Below are positions 37,706 through 49,300 of a DNA stretch of 64,000 nt, piece after piece. The first letter of the stretch is position 1; each line of letters opens with the position of its first letter. Origin of the DNA: an uncultured Acidobacteriaceae bacterium (GTDB taxonomy: Bacteria > Acidobacteriota > Terriglobia > Terriglobales > Acidobacteriaceae); assembly GCA_963788515.1 (NCBI GenBank), contig CAWBGZ010000003.1:830768-894767 (forward strand). The letters are read 5' to 3'. The notes under the pieces are model-generated. The model had not been told where the DNA came from. It did no database searches and saw nothing but the letters and a program-made list of their open reading frames with translations. Made by a program: the position numbers and the translations under genes.

Positions 37706-39802
37706 ATGAAATGGAGATCAGCTGTTCCGAGACCGACGCTCGCGGCGATCATGATTTGCAATTTGTTTTTTGTAACACGGACGTTTGCTGCCGACATCGG
37801 CGGCCAAGTGTTGGGCGCAGGCAAGCCCATCACCCAATCAACGGTGACCCTATTGGCAGCGAGCGCGGGCCAGCCCAAACAACTCGCACAGACCAAAACC
37901 GACAACGATGGCCGGTTCGTGATCGATAGCACTGGCACGGCTGACTCCAGCCTCTATCTTGTAGCTACCGGTGGCGTATCTGCAGCCAATCAAGGAGCCG
38001 GTGAAAATCCGGCGATTGCGCTGATCGCGGTCGTGGGAAGCAATCCCCCAGCCCGCGTCACCATCAACGAGTTCACTACCATTGCATCGGTGGTGACCCA
38101 TGCGCAGTTCATCGACGACACCACCATCAAAGGCGCCCCGCTCCAGCTGCGGATTGCGGCGGGCAACGTGCCCAACTTCGTCGATTTAGAAACAGGCAGT
38201 TGGGGGCAGACGATTCTCGACGCCCTCAACAGCGCGCAGACACCGACGATGGCCAACTTCGGCACGCTAGCCAACGTGATGGCCGGTTGTATCACGCGCG
38301 TGAGGCCAGATGCGTGCAGCCAGTTCTTCGCGGCGACTACGCCTCCCAGCGGCGGCGCTCCACCGGATACGCTTCTTGCGGCGGAAGTGGTCGCGTCGTT
38401 CCCATGGCACCAGCCGGACAAAATATTCGCGCTTCTCAACCAGTTCTATCCCCTGCCGAAGTCCGGCATTCCCGGCAAGCTCTTGCGGGATACACCGTAC
38501 CTGCCGTATCTCACCTTCGCTCCCAGCGCCTTCGTGTTCCCGCTTAAGTTCACGGGTGGTGGCGTGAGCGGGGGCGGCAAGCTCATGTTCGACAGCGAAG
38601 GCAATGCCTGGGTTGCCGACAACTTCTCCGTCGGCGCGCAAAACCAGGACGCCTCGTGGACCGGCAACGTCAGCAAGTTCGCTCCCAATGGTAAGCCGCT
38701 TTCACCTAGCCCCCTGGGCTTCAGCGGCGGAGGTCTGGCAGGCCCCGGTTTCGGATTGGCGGTCGACGCTCAGGACAACGCGTGGGTCACCAGCTTTACC
38801 GGCCAGAACATCTCGAAGTTCGATAAGAGCGGCAATCCGCTTTCGCCACCCGAGGGCTGGAACTTTAACCGCCAGATCAGCCAGATGCAGGGCATCATCG
38901 CCACTCCAAGTGGCGACATCTGGACGCTGGACCTGATCAAGGGCCAGGTTCTGAAACTACCCCAGGGCGATCCATCTAAGGTCCAGTTCTACTGCCAGAA
39001 CAAGACCGGCGATCCGCTGAAGAACCCTTGCAAACTTGTCGGGCCCTTCGCCCTCGCCATTGATCAGCAGGACCGAATCTGGATTACCAACGCCGTCACG
39101 GACAAAGTTGTTCGTTTCCCAGCTTCCGATCCCAGCAAAGTCGAAACGTTCAAGGTAGGATACTCTGCCAGCGGCCTCGCTATCGACAGCCTGGGCAACG
39201 TGTGGGTGACGAATAAACTGGGCAGCTCGCCCAAGGGGGAATTGAAATTCGGGGAAATGCTGGCCGCATTTAAATTCAACTTCGACAACGACCCCGACGC
39301 CGGGGCAAGAGCGACCAAAGTCCTGGTTCCTGCCATGGCCGTGGAGAAATCCGGCTACGAAGGCGGCAGCGTTACGGTGTTGCGCCCCGACGGCACCGAG
39401 GCGCCCTTCTCGCCGGTGTATGGCAAGGGTATAGTCGGGCCCTGGGCGGCTTCAGTCGACGGCAATGATAACGTCTGGATTTCCAACTTCGCCTCCTCGT
39501 CGGCCGGAATAGTAGAGTTGTGTGGCTTCCGCACCGAACACTGCCCGCCGGGCGTAAAGACCGGTGACGCCATCTCGCCTCCAGGCGGTTACGTCGGCGG
39601 CGGATTGCAATTGCAGGTGGACGTTGGCATCGGTCCCGCCGGAGATGTCTGGGTCACCAATAACTGGCAGGACTACAAGGACGCCCTGGGCAAGACCGAT
39701 GAAGCAGTACAAACCCTCGGCGCGGGCCAAGGGGTGGTGGTCTTCTACGGAATGGCAAAGCCGGTTAAGGTGCCGCTGATCGGTCCGGCTCGTCCGTTCT
39801 AA
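37706..39802 (+). CDS. Secreted NHL-repeat beta-propeller protein with an N-terminal carboxypeptidase-regulatory-like domain
   Basis: Signal peptide, then GQVLGAGKPITQSTVTLL...TKTDNDGRFVI. Repeated blocks follow: D..GN.WV.N / DRIWITN / GNVWVTN / DNVWISN / GDVWVTNNW. Confidence 0.75.
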   Translation: MKWRSAVPRPTLAAIMICNLFFVTRTFAADIGGQVLGAGKPITQSTVTLLAASAGQPKQLAQTKTDNDGRFVIDSTGTADSSLYLVATGGVSAANQGAGENPAIALIAVVGSNPPARVTINEFTTIASVVTHAQFIDDTTIKGAPLQLRIAAGNVPNFVDLETGSWGQTILDALNSAQTPTMANFGTLANVMAGCITRVRPDACSQFFAATTPPSGGAPPDTLLAAEVVASFPWHQPDKIFALLNQFYPLPKSGIPGKLLRDTPYLPYLTFAPSAFVFPLKFTGGGVSGGGKLMFDSEGNAWVADNFSVGAQNQDASWTGNVSKFAPNGKPLSPSPLGFSGGGLAGPGFGLAVDAQDNAWVTSFTGQNISKFDKSGNPLSPPEGWNFNRQISQMQGIIATPSGDIWTLDLIKGQVLKLPQGDPSKVQFYCQNKTGDPLKNPCKLVGPFALAIDQQDRIWITNAVTDKVVRFPASDPSKVETFKVGYSASGLAIDSLGNVWVTNKLGSSPKGELKFGEMLAAFKFNFDNDPDAGARATKVLVPAMAVEKSGYEGGSVTVLRPDGTEAPFSPVYGKGIVGPWAASVDGNDNVWISNFASSSAGIVELCGFRTEHCPPGVKTGDAISPPGGYVGGGLQLQVDVGIGPAGDVWVTNNWQDYKDALGKTDEAVQTLGAGQGVVVFYGMAKPVKVPLIGPARPF

Positions 39803-39989
39803 AAGGAGCAAGAGGAGAGGTTCGATGACAAATCAGAGCTGTCCAGATTAGTGGTAGACGTTTGTTTTAGCGTTTATTGTGTTGAAACGTTCAAGACGAG
39901 TGGGAGCGAACGAAATCAGGTTGGCGGAGGATTTCCGATCTACGCATCCATCAGCAACAACATCGCATGGAAGCGCAACTCCCCACTTT

Positions 39990-40168
39990 GTCATCCCGAC
40001 CGAAGCGTAGCGAAGTGGAGGGACCTGCGGTGCGCCTTGACGTCAAGAAAAGGTGCTACAAGTGAGATCGCAAGGCCCAACCAAGCGGTTTGTTCTTTCT
40101 AAACAACTTACCCGGCGTGGAGTGGCGAAGTAAAGATGGCCTTTGTTTGGTCTCAAGGCGCACCGCAG
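39990..40168. repeat. REP/MITE-like element with a perfect 16-bp inverted repeat
   Basis: GTCATCCCGACCGAAGCGTAGCGAAGTGGAGGGACCTGCGGTGCGCC is of the 'SSRPERSEVEGP'-type repeat I recall from soil-bacterial genomes. CTGCGGTGCGCCTTGA (40025-40040) is perfectly complementary to TCAAGGCGCACCGCAG (40153-40168). It lies in a 620-nt non-coding gap. Confidence 0.45.
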
Positions 40169-40423
40169 ATGATAGGTCTCAAGGTTTAGAAACGATTACG
40201 GTTTCGAATATCCTACTTTCCCTTCCGGGGAACTATCATTCCTGACCGCGAGAGGTGGGCATGTTTTTGGCTGACGGGCCCCTGATTAGCCACCCGACCG
40301 GTCAGGACTTCAAGGTCGCGGCAGCGCTGCTTTAGGCCTTGTGGAGGCACTAATCAACCTCATGCAAGTAGACCCACAGCGACTCACGCTTCGGTAGTGG
40401 GTCAGTCTGAAGCCACTGGGGCA

Positions 40424-40795
40424 TTAGAGCCCCGCAAGATACGCAGTGAACAGGATGGCTAATACTCCGTCCATGATCCCGACACCCGTCAGAGCGATCG
40501 TTCGCTTAAAGGGGCCGAGGAAGATCAGTGCAACGATGGCAAACTTTTCGATGATGGCAGCGGTCAAGATCGGAACGCGGGAAGCGGGAACGTAGCCGCT
40601 ATATACGGTCAGTGCGCAGACCACGAAGAGCAGCGCTCCCCAATGCCGAACGAAGAACATCGTCACGCCGTCTGAGCTCTTCACTCCAAACAGCAATTGC
40701 AGAGCAGTTCGAGGGAAGAACAGTCCGGCAAGCCCGCCGGCAGCCGTCCCGATGCCTGAAATTATGAGTATCCATCCGATGGATGATGCCAGCAT
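40424..40795 (-). CDS. Small four-TM membrane protein, hypothetical
   Basis: 123 aa, almost entirely hydrophobic helices (ILIISGIGTAAGGLAGLFF, WGALLFVVCALTVY, FAIVALIFLGPF, GIMDGVLAILFTAYLAG). Confidence 0.6.
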   Translation of the reverse strand: MLASSIGWILIISGIGTAAGGLAGLFFPRTALQLLFGVKSSDGVTMFFVRHWGALLFVVCALTVYSGYVPASRVPILTAAIIEKFAIVALIFLGPFKRTIALTGVGIMDGVLAILFTAYLAGL

Positions 40796-40909
40796 TTAAT
40801 TAGTCCGTTTCTCGGGGGTAATCTTGCCAGTTCTACGGGCGTCGAGCTGTTCGACTTCCGCTCCTGGGGCCCCGGAGTCTGCTGAAAGATTAGGGCGAGT
40901 TCAGTGCCC

Positions 40910-40934
40910 CTGCGACTGGCAGAAGTGACAGGTG
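40910..40934. repeat. Degenerate copy (j) of the intergenic palindrome
   Basis: CTGCGAC-tggcagaag-TGACAGGTG. The right half-site and GTG extension are intact. The left half-site is altered and the spacer is lengthened. About 115 nt upstream of 40795. Confidence 0.4.
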
Positions 40935-40968
40935 TTCTCTTCACGCTGGCGATCGCGTTGCCTGCCGG

Positions 40969-42540
40969 TCAAACCAATCCGGAAATGAATTTGACTGCTG
41001 TGATGCTGGGCAAGAAGCAGTAAGCAGTGGCTTTCGTCCTAAGGAAGCTTGAGAACCCGGTGATCTTAATCGGCGGCGCGTCATCAGCCTGGGGGATCAC
41101 GAAAATACTTTCAGAGGGATCCTGTGTTCCCACAATAGGATCCTTCGATTTAGGATCCAGCCTGACTGCTCCGGCGAACTCGCTGTCATTTACCCAGTTA
41201 TGCAATACAAACTCATACTGGTTCTCGATGGTTGCGTTGATGAAGTAACCCAGAAGCCCGCGCTCGATACCGTCATAGGGTTGAGTCGGATCATAGACTG
41301 GCCCGTATGGCATACCACGACGGATCATTCGGTGAGCATTGTTGCTCCCGCCAGGTTCCCCTTGTCCCTGGACTGGCTGGCCGCGAGGATTTACCCGGCG
41401 TATGTGCGCCCCAACGGGGCAGCGAAGCCCTCTGGGATCCCCTGAGCCATCGGCGTTGACATACCCAAAATTGTTTAGCTGGTCGGGCGAAAGCCCGTCG
41501 GCGGGGTTATCAGTGTCTGGTGACAACGCAAGAGGAACGCCGTTGCGCCACCGCCCGCACATCTTTGCGGCTAGCAGTTCGGGGTCAATCTTGTCCTTGT
41601 TCTTTTGCAGATTATTCTCGAATCCAACCACATCGGTCACGATTATTTTGAAGACAGAGAAACTACCATTGAGGCCGAGTTCCCGGGGCTCGGGCACGGT
41701 GTAATTCTCAGCTCCGTCCTGTAAAACAAACAGCCACGGTTCGCACGGCTGCTGATGATCCGGTTTGTACTTGAGTGGACCACCGCGAATGGTGGTCATG
41801 CTGATGCCGTCGGTGTAGCCGAAGTGGAGTCTGGAGGTAAAGGTGGGCTTGCCATCAATTACCTCGGTTAACGCCATCCCGTCGGCGCGGTAGATCTCCC
41901 GAAAAGCATCGCCTTCGGCAAACAGAGCAGACAGGCGTTCGCTGTAGCTGGTCATTGCCTCCGGACTGATGGCGTAAAGCGTCACCAACACGTGGTCCGA
42001 CCCCGTCCCGAAGCCGCCGACCCAGTTCTGCGGCGCACTCGCCCCCGTGTCCCCCACAAAGGCTGCTCGTTCGGCCGCTCCCGCCATGAATGAGTGGAAC
42101 GACTCGAAGGAGAGCATGGGGACGCGATCTTTGATTTCCAATGCGATAAGTCCCGGCCACGTGATGCCCAGATTAAGGCAATAGTCCGGCTTACAGCGTG
42201 GAGGCTGCGCCGGATCGTCCCCCGGACCGGGTGCAAGACCCACCTGCCACTCCTCTGCGGTGGTTATCTGCGGCGCGTCCGCCTCGTCACCACTGACGAG
42301 TCGCCCCAGCATCTTCCGTGCCGCCGCTGGGACGCCGACCGATAGCAGGAAATGCCTCACTATGGGCATACTGTAACCGCGGATAATGATCCCCTGGATA
42401 TCATCAAGGTCGAGTGCGGATCTCCCGGCCGATCCTGAATGGGCATCGGCAGCAGACGGATCGATCCGGTCGAGCAGGCGGCGGAGGAAACCTTCGCCTT
42501 CCTTTGGCTGTGGCTCATCTTGTTTGATGTCCTGACTCAT
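40969..42540 (-). CDS. Long DyP-type (dye-decolorising) heme peroxidase family protein, copy A
   Basis: LDLDDIQGIIIRGY (N-terminal DIQG), FGYTDGIS (GxxDG), CPVGAHIRRVNPR (proximal His region), GYFINATIENQYEFVLHNWVND. 523 aa, no signal peptide. Confidence 0.82.
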   Translation of the reverse strand: MSQDIKQDEPQPKEGEGFLRRLLDRIDPSAADAHSGSAGRSALDLDDIQGIIIRGYSMPIVRHFLLSVGVPAAARKMLGRLVSGDEADAPQITTAEEWQVGLAPGPGDDPAQPPRCKPDYCLNLGITWPGLIALEIKDRVPMLSFESFHSFMAGAAERAAFVGDTGASAPQNWVGGFGTGSDHVLVTLYAISPEAMTSYSERLSALFAEGDAFREIYRADGMALTEVIDGKPTFTSRLHFGYTDGISMTTIRGGPLKYKPDHQQPCEPWLFVLQDGAENYTVPEPRELGLNGSFSVFKIIVTDVVGFENNLQKNKDKIDPELLAAKMCGRWRNGVPLALSPDTDNPADGLSPDQLNNFGYVNADGSGDPRGLRCPVGAHIRRVNPRGQPVQGQGEPGGSNNAHRMIRRGMPYGPVYDPTQPYDGIERGLLGYFINATIENQYEFVLHNWVNDSEFAGAVRLDPKSKDPIVGTQDPSESIFVIPQADDAPPIKITGFSSFLRTKATAYCFLPSITAVKFISGLV

Positions 42541-42601
42541 AACGTCTCTCCTACATGACCCCCACGTCCGCGATGCGGGAGTCGTGATTCAGTGCCGGAT
42601 G

Positions 42602-42952
42602 TTAAGGCGAAAGAGCAACCAGCCGGTCCCGCATAAATAACAATTGCGAATACATGGGCTGCTCGACCCAGGTCGTACCGTTCTGATCGAAGGTAGCGAT
42701 GCGGTCCTCAGGCTGCACAAATTGGGGGTTCGCCTTGTCGGTCGTGGTCTTGACAAAGCTGAGCATCGCCTGCTTGGCCGCTCCGTTGTTCCATGACGAC
42801 AGTGGATCAGCGCCAAGATCCACTTCAGCTGCGGAGGGAGTTGAGGCAGCAGGACTATTGGAATCGGAAGGATGAGAAGGCGTAGGACTGCTAGAACGGC
42901 CGACAAGGAGGAGCATCGGGAAAATTAATGTCCAAATCAGGCGGATTCTCAA
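42602..42952 (-). pseudogene. 5' fragment of a secreted HAD-superfamily hydrolase gene (truncated; motif I degenerate)
   Basis: Signal peptide MRIRLIWTLIFPMLLLV, then WNNGAAKQAMLSFVKTTTDKANPQFVQPEDRIATFDQNGTTWVEQPMYSQ. It stops after 116 aa. DxDGT has become DQNGT. It is a paralogue of the remnant at 16400-16761. Confidence 0.55.
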
Positions 42953-43025
42953 TCTTTTACCTTACTTGCTTGCGTGGTTAACCATGACCACAAGTGATTG
43001 TTCTACTGACAGAGATATCGGAACA

Positions 43026-43041
43026 CTGTCATTTGCGACAG
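43026..43041. repeat. Intergenic palindrome, copy h
   Basis: aacaCTGTCATTTGCGACAGtgcc. About 74 nt upstream of 42952. Confidence 0.7.
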
Positions 43042-43334
43042 TGCCAAGGTAACGACGCTTTCCGAGGAGATGGATCGTAATTTGCTTGCTTACCGCGCGT
43101 TGCATCCGATGACTGAAGAGTCAGAGGGAAAGAGGGTGGTGGAATCTGCGACATCTCGTGAACGAGCGCGAACCAACATTTTCTGTACGCGGGAATTGGA
43201 GAGAGCCACGTGCGGCTTTCATTGAGGTGAGCCGCATGAAGCCCATCTACGCCATTAAACTTCGCAGGAAATCCGGGGCGCGGGACGCCCTTCATTTGTT
43301 AGGGAGCGAGGCAACGGTAACTGCCGGTCGCGAT

Positions 43335-43472
43335 TCACTGCTGCAGGAGCATGATGCAGATCTGAATGACTGCCGCGAGCACCAGGACAACGGCAAGGCC
43401 GATGTTCAGATAGGCAATTCGAGAGCGGCTCCGGTTGAAGGCCTGGTTGAGCTTTTCACGTTCTTCGCCCAT
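43335..43472 (-). CDS. Possible 45-aa single-TM small protein
   Basis: Below the track size cutoff. My translation: MGEEREKLNQAFNRSRSRIAYLNIGLAVVLVLAAVIQICIMLLQQ*, with GAGAGGA upstream of the ATG. No homology support. Confidence 0.3.
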   Translation of the reverse strand: MGEEREKLNQAFNRSRSRIAYLNIGLAVVLVLAAVIQICIMLLQQ

Positions 43473-43627
43473 GCATCCTCTCAATCGGATACAGCCAACG
43501 TAGCTGGAATCGCCTCAGCCTGCTGAGGTAAACATTTAGCCTAGCTGCTCTTAGTTTTCCTGCCCTCCTACGTCTTTAATCGGGAAGCTCCTGCTGCTCG
43601 GCAGCCGCTTCGGCTCGCCTTGGCCAC

Positions 43628-46090
<2,463 letters not shown>

Positions 46091-46527
46091 CTTGTTCTCC
46101 TTCTGCTCTGACTCTTAGTGATTTTTTTGCCGACGGCCTTAGCGTCTTAAATGTCCAACTGGATATTCACAGTCGGGGCGTACTGTGTCGAGAATATTGA
46201 AGTCAACCTGGTGTCCGCGCTGCCAAGCCACATCCGCATCCGAACTCGGTGACTTTCAAGAAGCTGTTTGCGAGAGATTGCCAGAAGATCGTCGGCCATC
46301 CGGAAGGGCTGCCCGGATGCAGCGTTTCCTTCGACAAAAAGAAACAGTACTTGCGGTCGAGATTGCAGATTACGCCCGTCGGCCCGATCAAAACGTGGAA
46401 AGCGTGCAACGCATTCCTTGGGAACGTGTGGCCGCCGTTTTGAAAGTCTCCTGTTGCGGCGGTCACGGCTTTCCTCTCTTGGACCCGTACTCAACAGGCG
46501 ACAGGTTGCTTTCACGTCGGTCGGAGA

Positions 46528-47598
46528 TCACTCGATGTTCTTTGCTGTAGCGACCCGCTCCAATGCTGGGGCAGAGGCGTGCACATCCGCTGCGATTCCA
46601 CTTTGGGGGCTGCTGTTCGCGCGCAGGCGTGCTTCTCTACTGGCGGCCTCCCCAAAGCAGCGAGCGCGGTTGATGCTTCCAACCGGCGTGCTGTCAGGGG
46701 TCGAGTGTCTGGTGACATCGAAATAGACGGTTTCGCCGGCATCTGGGCGAAGCTGAGACTGCGATAGCAGGGTGAGGCGCGCGATCGTGTGAAAAGGCGC
46801 TTCCGCTTCTTTCCACTTGACACTCGCGTTTTCAATCCAGAAGTTGGCGTCGTAGCGTTTACCCCAATAAGTCATCTTCTCGGCGTCGAGGAGTTGGACG
46901 GCAAAATCGAAGCTGCTCATCCTGCCATCCTCGTTGAGGTGCCGGACCAGCTCGTCCTGCAGACCTTTCGGGTTGCTCTTCTGCAGAGGGCGCGCCAGAT
47001 TGTCCGGTGAAGGGATAGCCGAATACTGGACAACGTCGATGGGTCCGTGGCGAAAGGGTACGTTGCTCCAGTAGCGGAGTTGCTGATAAGGCCGGATCTT
47101 CTGGCTCATCTGCAGTTTTGCCAGAGTCAGTATCCTCAGCACTCGTAGTTTGTCCTTGAACGACAATGACAACAAGCCGGAGAGTGGGTTCGATGCCGCC
47201 AGTACCCTCATGATCGCCGCAAATGCAGGGGAGTCGTTGATGGGCAGAGGCGGAGCGTTCTGCAGTGAAAAATCCTGTCGGCCACCGTTCCCGCCGGCGA
47301 CAGCCAAGCCACCCCGCGTAAGATCGACCGAGAATGACATAGACCGGACGTCGGGCTTGAAATCCGAGTTCTTCTTTGAATCAGCGTTTCCCCAGCGCAC
47401 GACCGCGGGATATACGCCGGGCTTGGCAAATATCCCCTTGGCGAGCCGCGCCGCCAGCTGAGGATCGCGTCCGACTGTAACGTCAAGGACTTCGAACTGG
47501 GCCCGCGCGCAGACCCCCTTCGCATGTGTTCCACGAGCAAGCGCGCCGGTGTTGCTCAGCAGCGGAAGTCGCCTGCACCTTGAGGGTTGTTCGGACAA
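46528..47598 (-). CDS. Catalase-related heme protein (y4iL-like mini-catalase family)
   Basis: GALARGTHAKGVCARAQFEV...GIFAKPGVYPAVVRWGNADSKKNSDFKPDVRSMSF fits the distal-His region of catalase-like proteins. The start is uncertain: the track start is TTG, and an upstream ORF in another frame (47483-47704) may be the true N-terminus. Confidence 0.62.
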   Translation of the reverse strand: MSEQPSRCRRLPLLSNTGALARGTHAKGVCARAQFEVLDVTVGRDPQLAARLAKGIFAKPGVYPAVVRWGNADSKKNSDFKPDVRSMSFSVDLTRGGLAVAGGNGGRQDFSLQNAPPLPINDSPAFAAIMRVLAASNPLSGLLSLSFKDKLRVLRILTLAKLQMSQKIRPYQQLRYWSNVPFRHGPIDVVQYSAIPSPDNLARPLQKSNPKGLQDELVRHLNEDGRMSSFDFAVQLLDAEKMTYWGKRYDANFWIENASVKWKEAEAPFHTIARLTLLSQSQLRPDAGETVYFDVTRHSTPDSTPVGSINRARCFGEAASREARLRANSSPQSGIAADVHASAPALERVATAKNIE

Positions 47599-47718
47599 TC
47601 TCCTCGATGTCAGACGATTCCCGCGGCGAGGTTCCGCTCACTGTCGCTACCCGGTCACTCCGAACCACCTGGTCAACCACAGCATAGGTCTCGGCCCTCC
47701 TCAACGCGTATCTTTTCG

Positions 47719-49275
47719 TTATCCCAGTTTGGAGATGAATTTAATTGCGGTGACGCTCGGCAAGAAGCAGTAGGCGGCGGCCTTCGTCGTAGTGAAGCTG
47801 GAGAACCCCGTCAGCTTGATTGGGGGGGCGCCATTTGCCTGGGGAATAACGAAGATGCTTTCCTTGGGGTCTTGCGTGCCGATCATAGGATCTTTCGCCT
47901 TAGGATCCAACCTGACGGCCCCCGCAAACTCGGCGTCGTTTACCCAATGTCCTAGCACGAACTCATATTGATTCTCGATGCTCGAGTTGATGAAGTAGCC
48001 GAGAAGGCCACGCTCGATACCGTCGTAGGGTTGCGCCGGATCATAGTTCGGTCCGTAGGGCAGGCCGCGGCGGATCAGACGATGAGTATTATTGCTGCCC
48101 CCAGGCTTGCCTTGCCCCGTGACTGGCTGGTCGCGTGGATTGACGCGGCGCATGTGCGCGCCCACAGGACAGCGCAGCCCTTTGGGGTCGCCCGATTCGT
48201 CTGCGTTCACGTATCCGTAGTTGTTCAGCTGATCGGGGGAAATTCCTCCCGGCGGACTGTCTGTTTCCGGCGACAATTCCAGAGGGGTGCCGTTGCGCCA
48301 GCGTCCGCAAATCTTGGCGGCGAGCAGCTCGGGATCTATCTTATCCTTGTGCGATTGCAAAAACTCTTCAAACCCAACTACGTCCGTCTTGATCATCTTG
48401 AAGACAGCAAAGCTCCCGTTCAGGCCGAGCTCTCGCGGCTCAGGCACGAAGTAGTTCTCGGCTTCGTCCTGTAAAACAAAGAGCCATGGTTCGCATGGCT
48501 CCTGGTGATCTGGCGTATATCGTTCGGGACCGCCGCGAATGGTGGTCATGCTGATGCCGTCGGTGTATCCGAAGGGAACTTTGGCGCAGGGTTGGGGCTT
48601 GCCATCGACCATCTGCAGCCAGGCGCTCCCGTCGGTATGCCAAATCTCCTGAAACGCTCCGCCTTCGGCAAACAGGGCAGACAGCCGATGGCTATAGGCC
48701 GTCATGGCCTCCGGACTTATGGCGTGTAGCGTCACCAGGACGTGCTCGCTTCCCCTGCCAAAGGCGCTGATCCAGTTTTCTGGTGCACTTGCCCCCGTAT
48801 CGCCGACCAGGCTCGCCCGTGCAGCCGCTCCGGCGACGAACGCGCCGAACGACTTGAACGAGAGCGTTGGCACACGATCTCTGATCTCCAGCGCGACCAG
48901 GCCTGGCCAGGTGATGCCCAGGTTAAGGCAGTAGTCGGGCTTGTGGCGGGGAGGATCGGCGGGATCGTCTCCTGGTCCGGGAGCGAGGCCTACATGCCAG
49001 TCCTCTGCGGTGGTAATCTGCGGCGCGTCCGACTCGTCGCCGCTGACCAGCCTCCCCAGAAGCTCGCGCGCCTGCGCAGCAACGCCCACGGAAAGCACGA
49101 AATGCCGCACCATGGGCATTCTGTATCCACGCAGGATGAACCCCTGAATATCACTCAGGTCGAGTGCGGACTTCTCCGGGCGGCCAGGTGTCTCAGGATC
49201 TTCCTTCCCGCCCCGGGGGGTCACCAGTTTGCGAAAGAACGATTCTGCAGACCATGATCTCTTATCTTCGCTCAC
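47719..49275 (-). CDS. Long DyP-type heme peroxidase family protein, copy B
   Basis: LDLSDIQGFILRGY, FGYTDGIS, CPVGAHMRRVNPR, GYFINSSIENQYEFVLGHWVND. I prefer the GTG at 49273-49275 (AAGAGG 6 nt upstream), 25 nt after the stop of the upstream gene, over the overlapping track start at 49389. Confidence 0.82.
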   Translation of the reverse strand: MSEDKRSWSAESFFRKLVTPRGGKEDPETPGRPEKSALDLSDIQGFILRGYRMPMVRHFVLSVGVAAQARELLGRLVSGDESDAPQITTAEDWHVGLAPGPGDDPADPPRHKPDYCLNLGITWPGLVALEIRDRVPTLSFKSFGAFVAGAAARASLVGDTGASAPENWISAFGRGSEHVLVTLHAISPEAMTAYSHRLSALFAEGGAFQEIWHTDGSAWLQMVDGKPQPCAKVPFGYTDGISMTTIRGGPERYTPDHQEPCEPWLFVLQDEAENYFVPEPRELGLNGSFAVFKMIKTDVVGFEEFLQSHKDKIDPELLAAKICGRWRNGTPLELSPETDSPPGGISPDQLNNYGYVNADESGDPKGLRCPVGAHMRRVNPRDQPVTGQGKPGGSNNTHRLIRRGLPYGPNYDPAQPYDGIERGLLGYFINSSIENQYEFVLGHWVNDAEFAGAVRLDPKAKDPMIGTQDPKESIFVIPQANGAPPIKLTGFSSFTTTKAAAYCFLPSVTAIKFISKLG

Positions 49276-49300
49276 CGCTTGCCTCTTGTGGATGCACGGT

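Noticed and set aside
39851-40102. 83-aa ORF (…CHPDRSVAKWRDLRCA…)
   Set aside because: It is the typical translation artefact of the REP-like repeat and lies in a region without coding signal.
46147-46515. 122-aa minus-strand ORF between the large sulfatase and the catalase-like gene
   Set aside because: No motif, no RBS, and several overlapping alternative ORFs of similar length. I could not tell whether it is another gene remnant, so it is left uncalled.
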